A stretch of 64,000 nucleotides of DNA from Desulfatiglandales bacterium (lineage in GTDB: Bacteria; Desulfobacterota; DSM-4660; Desulfatiglandales; Desulfatiglandaceae): positions 7,008,001-7,072,000 of the forward strand of contig OY759599.1 in the NCBI GenBank assembly GCA_963662465.1, written 5' to 3'. The notes under the pieces were generated by a model. The model was not told where the DNA came from. It searched no databases and was given only the letters and a program-made list of their open reading frames with translations. Position numbers and translations under genes: made by a program. Positions 54,345-64,000 of this stretch are shown piece by piece; position 1 is the stretch's first letter; each line of letters begins with the position of its first letter.

Positions 54345-54710
54345 ACAATTAATCCCGAGGTAACAAGTCTTGAACAAGGACCGGATAAACGGACACCTTC
54401 ACCTTTAAGCTTTTATAAAAACAGCGTAATCTGTGAAATCCGCCTGCCCCGTTCAATTTTTACCCCGTTGAACCTTCTTTTTCCTTTGTTTAACTGGAGC
54501 ACGCCAGTGACGAGTGGAACGTATTTAACCGGGGTGCCAAAAAAACTAAAGGTTCACCAGTAAAGTAACAAAAGCACCAACGTTATGTAAGAGTTGGCAA
54601 CTCAAAACCCAAAACTCAAAACCCAACACCATCTTTGCTCTCTTCGTTACCTTTTGTAAAAAGCCCTTAAAAAAAATCCTGTAAAATCCTGTAAATCCTG
54701 TCTAAAAAAA

Positions 54711-56949
54711 ATGGAACAAGAAGACCTGACCCACAAAATTATCGGCTGTGCCTACAAAGTATACACAGCAATTCCCGCTTAGATTCTAAAGGCGCTAGGA
54801 CAGTACCTTTTGGCATTTCCTTTTCGTAAAGCTTTACGTTGAATGAATAGCCTGAAAAGGCTTTTTTCTCCAATTTTTAAAATAAAACAGGAATTTTTTT
54901 GGCAATTCTCAGAAAAAGCTGGACTTTCAGATCAACTTGGCCGATGATTACTGCCTATGGGAATCAGAAGCCAAAAAGGAAGAAAAGAGAGAGGCAAGAT
55001 TGGAGTTCGCAAGCATCTTAATGCAGATGCAATTTTCAAGCGTCTGCATAAAGATTTTTCTGAAGTCTCTGACTGCCGTGAGGATCCCGATATTACTATT
55101 GCGGATGCCTTGATGTCCGGGTTTGCAATGTTTTCGCTCAAGGAGCCATCGTTGCTTGCCTTTGATGAAAGAAGAAAAACCGATAGTAATCTTGGGAACA
55201 TATACCATATTGGAAAGATCCCATGTGACAGTACGATGCGCACCATTCTTGATGAAGTGCTCGCAGAAGAACTTCGGAAACCGTATAGGAATATCTTCTG
55301 GGAACTGCAAAGGGGAAAGGTGCTTGAACGTATGGTATTTTTCGAAGGTTGTTATCTTCTATCTTTGGATGGAACGGGTTTCTTCTCATCGAAGAAACTT
55401 TCCTCTGATAGTTGTTTGGTAAAAGTATCGAAAAAAACCGGCGAAAAAACCTATTATCAGCAGATGTTGGGGGCAGCAATTGTCCATCCGGATTTCAAAG
55501 AGGTCATTCCGCTTGCTCCGGAATTCATAGTCAAGCAGGATGGCCAAAGCAAGAACGACTGTGAGCGTAATGCCGCGAAACGTTTCTTGCAAAAGCTAAA
55601 AGAGGAGCATCCCCATCTGCCTATCATTATAACAGAGGACGCGTTAAGTTCGAATGCACCCCACATTGAAGAAATACAAAAGCAAAATTTTCATTATATT
55701 CTGGGAGTTAAAAAAGGAGATCACCATTTCTTGTTTAATCACGTCGAACAAGCGCGGATAAATGGTGACGTCACTGAATTCGAATTGGTCGATAAAGAGG
55801 ATCCGGAAAAAATACATCGTTTCCGATTTATTAACCAGGTACCTCTCAATGCCTCTAACAAGAATATGCTGGTTAACTTTCTGGAATATTGGGAAATTAC
55901 ACCGAAAAAAACAAAACATTTTAGTTGGGTGACAGATTTTTTAATAGGAAAGGACAATGCATACCAGCTAATGCGAGGCGGCCGTGCGAGATGGAAGATC
56001 GAAAATGAAACCTTCAATACTCTTAAGAACCAAGGATATCATTTTGAACACAACTACGGGCTCGGCAAGAAGAATCTGAGTGTTGTTTTTGCGATGCTCA
56101 TGATGCTGGCATTCTTGGTGGATCAAACTCAACAGCTTTGTTGCCCTCTATTTATAGCCGCATGGCATAAACTCGGCTCAAAAAGGGAATTGTGGGAACG
56201 GATGAGAGCTTTGTTTAGAGATTTTGAATTCAAATCGATGAGGATGCTCTATGAAGCCCTCTATTATGGCGTAAAGTTTCAAGCGCCAGTTATTCTATAT
56301 AACAGTGGTTAAATTTGTCATGCCCAAGTTCGCATACAAAAATGCTCTCATTAATAAAAAACTGGAGATTCCGGAAATGGATATCTCTGCCCTAACTCGT
56401 GCTTTTATGCTCTTACTCTTGTCAAAGAAGCTCAACCTGCAAGAAATCGAGGGAGGTAATAGTGGATTTAATACAATTTTTCTGAAAAGGATCTGATCTC
56501 AGGGTTTGTTTTTGAAATATGTTTTTCAAACTCTGTGAGTAAATTCTTGACCGGGAATTGCTGAAGTATACAACAGACTGGGCTTCGGCTTCCTGGAAAG
56601 CATTTACCACAAAGCCATGCTCATCGAACTCGCAAGGGCCGGACTAAAAGCAGAATCTGAAAAAGGCTTAACCGTTCATTATGATGAGATGGTTATTGGA
56701 GAGTTCTCAGCGGACATATTTGTGGAAAATGAAATCATCGTAGAACTCAAAGCGGTTGAGCGGCTGATGAAAGTGCATGAAGTGCAAGTGGTGAACTACC
56801 TAACAGCATCGAAAAATGAAATTGGCCTGCTAATCAACTTCGGCCCAACAGGCGTCAAAGCTACCCGCAAATACCGAAAACCCCTCAAACAGGCACAAAG
56901 AATCAACCAGAAAAAGAAACCCAAAAAAAATCCTGTTAATCCTGTCTAA
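54711..56949 (+). pseudogene. GxxExxY protein interrupted by an IS
   Basis: Matches the 13919 gene on both sides of the insertion. Confidence 0.9.
54766..56563 (+). mobile_element. 1798-bp DDE IS, copy 2 (transposase 54957-56312)
   Basis: TIR CAGCAATTCCCG; 9-bp TSD AAGTATACA. Confidence 0.92.
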
Positions 56950-57051
56950 AAAAAATACAAAAAATTGTATCCAGTCAGAAACTGGGCACCTAAATTCTCA
57001 CTGCAAAAAAAACCGTTGACATCTTCCCCGTCTTCGCCTAGTGTTCGCCCC

Positions 57052-57438
57052 ATGAACCATCTTTACGAACAAGAAATACGCTACAAAGTCCTGAAACTCC
57101 TGGCATCCAAGGCCAATCTCTCCCAGCGGGAAATGGCCAAACAAATGGGCATCAGCCTGGGGAAAACCAACTATGTCCTCACAGAACTGGCCAACAAGGG
57201 CATCATCAAAATAAAACGATTCAAAAGCGCCCCCAGCAAAGTCCCTTACACCTACACGCTGACACCCCAAGGCCTTGAAGAGAAGGCCAAAATAACCCTC
57301 AAATTCCTGAAACGGAAACTCTCTGAATACGAAGAGATCAAGCGACAGATAAAAGAGATTGCAAAAGAAGCCGAAAAAGACAAAGTTCTCGATGCCACAG
57401 GCGCCGACACAAACGAAGTATTGGCTCAAATCATTTAA
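57052..57438 (+). CDS. EPS-associated MarR regulator
   Basis: Near-identical to 28704-29090. Confidence 0.85.
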   Translation: MNHLYEQEIRYKVLKLLASKANLSQREMAKQMGISLGKTNYVLTELANKGIIKIKRFKSAPSKVPYTYTLTPQGLEEKAKITLKFLKRKLSEYEEIKRQIKEIAKEAEKDKVLDATGADTNEVLAQII

Positions 57439-57663
57439 CGAAAGAAAACAGCAATTATTCCAGTCATATAAATGATTTTCCGTTATGGAAATCAAAGAGC
57501 GGAGCCGTCTCCGAAGGCTGAGCCCCCCGAGAATTCGGGTGCCTGAATTTTAATGCAACACCCCTTTGCTCCAACAATAAATCCCCTTCGTTTTCTTCGT
57601 TACCTTCTGTAAAAAACAAATCCTTGAAATCCTGTTAATCCTGTCAAAAAAAAAGGCCTAAAA

Positions 57664-59304
57664 ATGAAAATTACCCAACCCAACATCGCCGTCATCGGCT
57701 CCGGCTACTGGGGCAAGAACCTTGTTCGCAACTACCACCAGCTCGGCGCCCTCAAGCTCATCTGCGACAAAAACGAAACCGTCCTTTCCAGTTTTTTGGA
57801 ACAATACCCCGGTATCGACACCTGCTTTGCCCTAAATGATGTCCTGTCCCGTGAAGACATTCAAGGCATCGTCATTGCTACCCCGGCGGAGACCCACTAC
57901 ACCCTGGCACGGGAAGCGCTACTCGCCGGCAAGCATGTTTATATCGAAAAGCCCCTGGTACTCAAAGAGGAAGATGGGCAGGATCTGATCCGACTGGCCA
58001 AAGAGAGCGATCTGGTTCTGATGGTCGGCCACCTGCTTCAGTACCATCCGGTCTTCCTCAAACTGAAGGACATGGCCGTCTCCGGTGAACTGGGCAGGAT
58101 CAACTACATCTATTCCCATCGGCTCAATTTAGGCAAAATCCGCCGGGAAGAAAATATCCTCTGGTCCTTTGCCCCCCACGATATCTCCATGATCCTCTCC
58201 CTGGCCGGCGAAGAACCGGATGCGGTCATGGCCACGGGCGGCAACTACCTTCACAAAAAAATCGCTGATGTCACCACCACGCACATGGAGTTCCCCTCCG
58301 GCCTCCGTGCCCACATCTTCGTCTCCTGGCTGCATCCCTTCAAGGTTCAGCAACTGGTGGTGGTCGGGGACAAAAAGATGGCGGTATTTGACGACACCCT
58401 GCCCTGGGAAGACAAACTGCTGCTCTACCCCCACGAAATCAACTGGCGGAACAACATCCCCGTCCCGTCCAAAGCGGAAGCCGAAAGGGTCGATATCCCC
58501 CAGGCGGAACCCCTCCGTATGGAATGCGAACATTTTCTCCAGTGCATTGCCGACGGACGGAACCCACAAACGGACGGGGCTGAAGGGCTGCGGGTTTTGC
58601 GGATCCTGAATGCCGCCCAGCGGTCGCTGGATGTTGAGGGGGAAAAGATTGATCTCGCGCAAAGACGCAAAGGCGCAAAGAAGTTAGAGGACGGAAGACG
58701 TGGGGTGGAACCGGCAACCGACAACCGGCAACCGACAACTGATTTCTTTGTTCACGAAACCGCGATCATCGACGACGGCTGCGAAATCGGCAAAGGATGC
58801 AAAATCTGGCATTTTTCCCATATCCTGTCCAACACAACCCTGGGCGAAAACTGCAATATCGGGCAAAACGTGGTGATCGGTCCCGATGTCGCCATCGGCA
58901 AAGGGTGTAAAATTCAGAACAATGTTTCCGTTTACAAAGGCGTTACCCTGGAAGACGGTGTTTTCTGCGGACCGTCCATGGTCTTTACCAACATCTACAA
59001 CCCAAGGGCCGAAATCCGGAAGATGGACTAGGTCCGCCCGACCCTGGTGAAACACGGCGCGACCCTGGGGGCCAACTGCACCATCGTATGTGGAACCACC
59101 ATCGGGGAATACGGCTTTGTGGGCGCCGGCGCCGTGATCACCCACAATGTTCCGGACCATGCCCTTATGCTAGGCAACCCCGCTCGCCGCGTCGGATGGA
59201 TGTGCCAATGCGGAGAACGCCTGACTGACGATCTGGATTGCCTGGCCTGCGGCAAAACCTATGAAAAAAACGAAGACGGCTTAAAAGAAATTAGACAGGA
59301 TTAA
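57664..59304 (+). pseudogene. Gfo/Idh/MocA oxidoreductase-hexapeptide acetyltransferase fusion (WbpB-WbpD-like), TAG at 59029
   Basis: [25 protein letters not shown]; frame continues after the stop to 59304. Confidence 0.88.
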
Positions 59305-59456
59305 CAGGATCAACAAGATTAAAAACAAGAAAACAATCCTGCAAAATTCTGTTAATCCTGTCAGAAAACAGTCTTTTGTTGAAAAAACCTTTCAGATGTG
59401 TATAAGAACTTGCCTTCTTTGTAAAGCATCCGGTAATATTTGATAATCTTCTTGAG

Positions 59457-59990
59457 ATGATGGGGTCGAATGCTGAAATTGTCTATGTTGATAAAATCGT
59501 TCCCGATGCTTACCATGGAACTGAGCTTAAAACAGCTCTAAAAATACTCAGAGGAAAGAACTTTATTCCGAGCAGAGGGAAAGAAACATATTTAGGGGAT
59601 GGCGTATATTTTTACGAAAGCTCATTATGGCACGCCAGACAATGGTGTCAAAGGCGTTTTCCTGGTTTAAGACATGGTGTAATTTGTGCTGCAATCAATT
59701 TAAGGAGGTGTTTGGACCTCCATAATTACGAACACCGCAAGCTTCTTCAGCAAGTAAGATTAAACTTGGAAATGAAAGGTTACAAAAAATTAACCGACAC
59801 TTTTTTGATAAACTTCTGCGCTACCAACATAAAAGAATTTGACACCGTTAGATGGACATACACCGCAACTGGCGGCAAATATGGCAAAATATATCCAGGA
59901 TCAAGAATAGATGATTTTTCACAGCTCATAATTTGCGTAAGAAACCAGGAATCAATTCTCAGCATTGAACTGGCTGATGAGGGGGGCTGA
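59457..59990 (+). CDS. Putative ADP-ribosyltransferase-fold toxin (CmdT-like)
   Basis: YHGT, YLGDGVYFYE, C-terminal Q.I.CVRN; triad context. Confidence 0.6.
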   Translation: MMGSNAEIVYVDKIVPDAYHGTELKTALKILRGKNFIPSRGKETYLGDGVYFYESSLWHARQWCQRRFPGLRHGVICAAINLRRCLDLHNYEHRKLLQQVRLNLEMKGYKKLTDTFLINFCATNIKEFDTVRWTYTATGGKYGKIYPGSRIDDFSQLIICVRNQESILSIELADEGG

Positions 59991-59992
59991 AA

Positions 59993-60265
59993 ATGGAAAA
60001 TGAGTTAAGAGATTTCAGGCAAAAAATAGTTCAGTATTTTTCCGAAATAAGCGATGACCAACTCCGTAAAGATATGGAAAAGGCCGGATATGAGGTTTAT
60101 AAAAATGTAGACGTCCATATTTTGAGCGATGCTGTTTCTGAAGAAGAATTTACATTTTCGGTAAAGAGCAGAACAGCCAGGACTGCCTTCAACAAAGTAG
60201 ACCTTAGGTTTCATAACGTTTTTACGCCAGACAACTATCCATATAATTTCAAGATTGCTGCTTAA
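59993..60265 (+). CDS. Putative chaperone-addicted antitoxin
   Basis: 90 aa; aromatic-rich tail ending NYPYNFKIAA. Confidence 0.55.
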   Translation: MENELRDFRQKIVQYFSEISDDQLRKDMEKAGYEVYKNVDVHILSDAVSEEEFTFSVKSRTARTAFNKVDLRFHNVFTPDNYPYNFKIAA

Positions 60266-60280
60266 AGGCGCCTTCATAAA

Positions 60281-60745
60281 ATGATGACAAGTCAGGCACA
60301 ATTCAAACACCATCCCATCTGTTTGAGGGATGTGCGGGTTATAGAACTATACATCAGAGGAAATATCCATCCTGATGAAATCAACGAAGAGCAAGCAGCG
60401 AGGAACTCATCAATTAACGTTGGTCATTCTGAATACGACACGGCAAACCATCGTATAGTTGTGGGTCTCACTTTAGAACTCAAAGAGGGTGAGGAAAAGG
60501 AAAGTGAATTGCCCTATTTCCTCAAGGTTGAATTAGCAGCCTTGTTCGAAGTTGATGAGTCTAAGTTCGACAAAGAACACATTTATGATTGGGCTAGAAG
60601 GAACGCGCCATTTATTCTTTTTCCATACCTAAGAGAAGAAGCTTATGCTCTCACAATAAGGGCTGGTTATAAGCCGTTAATTCTTCCTCTTCTTGAAGTT
60701 CCTACATTTCAATCCGAAAGAATGGCTCCAACAGCTGAACTGTGA
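60281..60745 (+). CDS. SecB-like chaperone
   Basis: LKVELAALF...NAPFILFPYLRE...T..AGY.PLILP. Confidence 0.85.
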   Translation: MMTSQAQFKHHPICLRDVRVIELYIRGNIHPDEINEEQAARNSSINVGHSEYDTANHRIVVGLTLELKEGEEKESELPYFLKVELAALFEVDESKFDKEHIYDWARRNAPFILFPYLREEAYALTIRAGYKPLILPLLEVPTFQSERMAPTAEL

Positions 60746-60814
60746 GCAATTCTTTTCGCAAAAGAAATCCTGTAAAATCCTGTTAATCCTGTCAAAAAAA
60801 CCGGAGAACCGTTG

Positions 60815-61986
60815 ATGCAACAGAAACAACCCAATGCAACCATCAACAACGCCTCCTCTCCTCTCGGCGTGTCCACCTCCCCCAGCGGAGAGGCGTTCCC
60901 TTTGATCTTTTTGGAAAATTCCGTACCTGAACCGGGGCATTTCCCCCGTGGAGGCTGAAGATCCGGATGTGGCGCCCTTGATTCAACGGTGTGTACAGGA
61001 CAAAAAGACCCTCACCGCCACCTTTACCTACGACGCCCTGTCCCTTGCGGACGTGGTGGTAGTGGATGTTCAGTGCGATTACCACAAGGAGAGCCTGGGG
61101 AATGTTCGTCAGGGACATGCCGACATAGAGGCGCTGGAAGAGAGTCTCAAGATTATCGGAGAGAAGATTGAACCGCACTGTCTGGTCTTGATCGAAACGA
61201 CCGTTCCTCCCGGCACCACGGAGTATGTGGCATACCCCATCATAAAAAAGGCCTTTGAAGCGCGCGGCCTTTTTCAGAGATCAGATGTCGAAGATCAGCG
61301 ATCAGAGCAGGCAAATCCCGAATCAGAGCCCCAATCTCAGTCCTCCTTGCCCCGTGAAATTCACGTCAGTGACGAGCGCAGCGAATTTCACCGGGGTGAC
61401 CTCCGACCTCTGACCTCTGTCCTCTGACGTCTGTCCTCTGTCCTCTGACGTTTGTCCTCCGTCCTATGGGTCGGATAGTGGCCGCCTCCAAAATTATTCA
61501 AGCGCTTGAATCGGAGAAGCCGGCGACAGATAGATGTAAGAGTTGGAAACTCAAAACCCAACACCATCTTTGCTCTCTTCGTTACCTTCTGTAAAAAGCC
61601 CTTAACAAATATCCTGTAAAATCCTGCCTGCCCCGTAGCTCCGGCAGATGGTACTGGGGTTAATCCTGTCTAAAAAAAGGTCCCGGTTTTTCAGGAACCA
61701 GGACAAACTGAAGGAAACCGCCGTTCAGGATGACCTGGATCAGACCCTGTCCGGAGCTGATGCCATTATCCTGGCCGTACGACACCAGGCCTATCTTGAT
61801 CTGGAGCCGGATAAGGTGGTGAAAATGATCGGTGGTCCGGCGGCCGTGGTGGACTGCTTCGGGGTGTCGGACGACGACGCCATCAAGCGGTATTTCGAGT
61901 TGGGCTGCGAAGTGAAAGGTCTCGGCCGAGGGCACATCAAACGCATTAAAGATGAGGTTCGAAACGCTTTTCAAAACCAGCAATAA
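60815..61986 (+). pseudogene. Nucleotide-sugar dehydrogenase, fragmented
   Basis: VVVDVQCD, LIETTVPPGTT; C-terminal LAVRH...VKGLGRGH; middle replaced by repeats. Confidence 0.8.
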
Positions 61987-62141
61987 AGAAAATGGCTACA
62001 GGCAGTAGGAAATGGGGGCCTTTTCGAACCTATAACCCATGGCCTATCGCCTATCAGCCATTACCAAAATCCTGAAAATCCTGTAAATCCTGTCTAAAGA
62101 AGAAGAGCTATGTTCAACAAAATATTAAGGAAAGGGTTTAC

Positions 62142-62651
62142 ATGGATATTAAAAACGCAAAAATCCTGGTTATCGGTGGCGCAGGCTTTATCGGCAGTCA
62201 TGTTGTGGCGGAATTGCTCAAAACAGATGTTGCTGAAATCCTCATCTAAGACAATTTTACAAGAGGAAAACACGACAACATATCCCCGTACCTCGGCGAT
62301 CCACGCTGTACGGTCTACCCCAATGGCGGTGATATTCGGGATACCGATGTGCTGGCCGATGCCATGACGGGGTTGATGACGTTGTACACCTCGCCGCCAT
62401 GTGGCTGCTCCACTGCAAGGATTACCCCCGGACGGCCTTTCATGTAAACATTGAGGGCACATTTAATGTCTTGGAGGCCTGCGTTAAAAGCAATGTGAAA
62501 CGGCTGGTTTATTCTTCTTCCGCCTCTTTGTATGGCGATGCTGTTGAAGTCCCTATGACCGAGGAGCATCCGTTCAATAAATGTGCTTGCCCTTCAATCC
62601 GATATCAACGACGAATTTTACAATGTTGGTACTGGCGTACAAACCAGTATA
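62142..62651 (+). pseudogene. NAD-dependent epimerase/dehydratase, degraded and IS-interrupted
   Basis: ILVIGGAGFIGSH, VNIEGTFNVL, YSSSAS, YNVGTG; stops and frameshifts. Confidence 0.85.
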
Positions 62652-64000
62652 CAGACCTCGTTACGAGAGGTGGTTTTACCCCCCGATTTTTGGACACTTG
62701 CCTATTTGAGGGGCGAATTTCCGACTTCAAGCTGGAGTAATTTTCCAGCGGGGGGTGATTACCCTCAACTGACTTAGTTTCCGGCAAAACTGTTTTTGGG
62801 CGGCAAGACGACTGGGCTGTTGGAGGGGCTCAAGACGTACTGTCACTTTCTTATTGTCGCTCCTTATCCAGCCATGGCAATTGGTAATGGCATAGAATAG
62901 ATCAACATACTCATTCTTGTTTTCGTAAAGCGGCAGAAGCCACTCTACCATTTGCTTGCGAGCATTCCACACGCTTGCGGTCACAAGGTCAAATAAATAC
63001 TTGCTTTCATCACAAATACGCTGAAAACAAGTGTAATCCTCCAGCCATGAAACATCCACTCTTTCAGGGAGTTGTTTTACTTTCCCCTTCAAGATTTCAA
63101 CCTCAGACTCCTTTTCTTTGATCTGCGAAAGGACATTTTGGCGGACACTGTTTTTCCGAGTACTGCCATCTTTATTGAGGACTTCGTTGCTTTTTGACAG
63201 CTTTTTATACAGTCCTACAAGCTTTGCCTTAATTCCGGAAGCCTTCGTCTTGATCTCTTTGAGTTCAGGATTGGCGATTTCCTGATTCTGACTTTCAGTA
63301 AACGAATATCCCGGTTGGTAGTTAAGGGGATGTTTGTCTCCTATATGCTTAAAGGTGTTTTCAGAGGCTCCCCAACGGTTGAGGATCGCCATTGCGCATT
63401 GCTCTGTGCCCATTCTGTCCGATGGAACATTCGACAGAGCGCAGGTCCGGCGGTTACTGGAAACATTCCATAGATAAATGCGCCTAATCGTTAGAGTTTC
63501 AGTTTTCTTTTCATCTACGTCGCAGGTGAATACCTTTTCCCCTTCAAATATCCGATATGACTTGCCATTTAAACTGAATTCTTCTGTGAACAACTCTTCG
63601 TCCAACGCCTTGAGCTTATTGATGTCAACATTCTTTTCCCAAGTTACAAAACCGACTCCTGCCAGATTCATTTCATAAAAAAAATTGCCCCCTTGCCCTT
63701 CCCGGTCAAATACCATCACCGGTCCTGGAGTGACTTCTGCCTTCCATTTAATCCCTAACTTAATAAGATAATTACGGATATCGCCTTTTCCCTCCTGAAT
63801 CTCAAAATCAATGACCCTGCCGCTTGAATCGCAAGCAACGATGTTGTTGCGACCCGGAACCATCATCCTCCGCTGCGTATTGAAGGCTTTATGTACTTTG
63901 TTTTTCCCGGTATAAGGCAACAAATGACCGTCTACAAACCACAGCCATGTGCCGACGAGTCCGGAACGAATTTGCTGGAGGGTAAAATGAGACAGCATCT
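62652..64000 (-). mobile_element. Second copy of the 2325-bp IS, inverted and running off the window
   Basis: Reverse complement of the sequence ending at 41580; TIR at 62652. Confidence 0.92.

Noticed and set aside
16445..56563. Duplications as assembly artefacts
   Set aside because: IS copies have different TSDs and cassette copies carry independent mutations; long reads would settle it
59029..59031. Recoded stop codons (TAG 59029, TAG 44746, TGA 51933)
   Set aside because: Each is one substitution from a plausible sense codon (CAG, GAG, CGA) in a region full of pseudogenes, and no recoding signal was seen
1..64000. rRNA/tRNA genes or prophage
   Set aside because: No recognisable RNA-gene signatures or phage structural genes by eye

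Overview
This 64 kb accessory region is probably from a Desulfobacterota-like anaerobe (inferred from gene content). It is a decayed surface-polysaccharide locus (NeuB, DegT, WbpB-WbpD, nucleotide-sugar dehydrogenase, epimerase, EPS-associated MarR, beta-CASP hydrolase) filled with a co-oriented (+ strand) array of small cargo units. The cargo is more than 15 type II toxin-antitoxin modules or fragments, ATPases, ORF6N, GxxExxY and four-helix-bundle genes, a CmdTAC-like toxin-antitoxin-chaperone triad, and many gene fragments. No integron integrase or attC site is visible. Instead, unit junctions fall repeatedly on short polarised motifs (CAACGTCCCCCATTAC; GGTCCGACCCC; GGCGGAGC(T/C)GT). The first two are the 3' termini of two different REP-associated HUH (RAYT/Y1) transposase genes in the array, and duplicated units and truncated genes start or stop at them. 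This suggests an integrase-independent, RAYT-driven cassette capture and shuffling system (inference). Superimposed are 7-mer and 9-mer short-repeat families, 33-92 bp palindromic mini-insertions, nested MITEs, six IS types with readable target duplications, and a 17 kb tyrosine-recombinase element (36074-53330) holding a nested RIT and four IS insertions.
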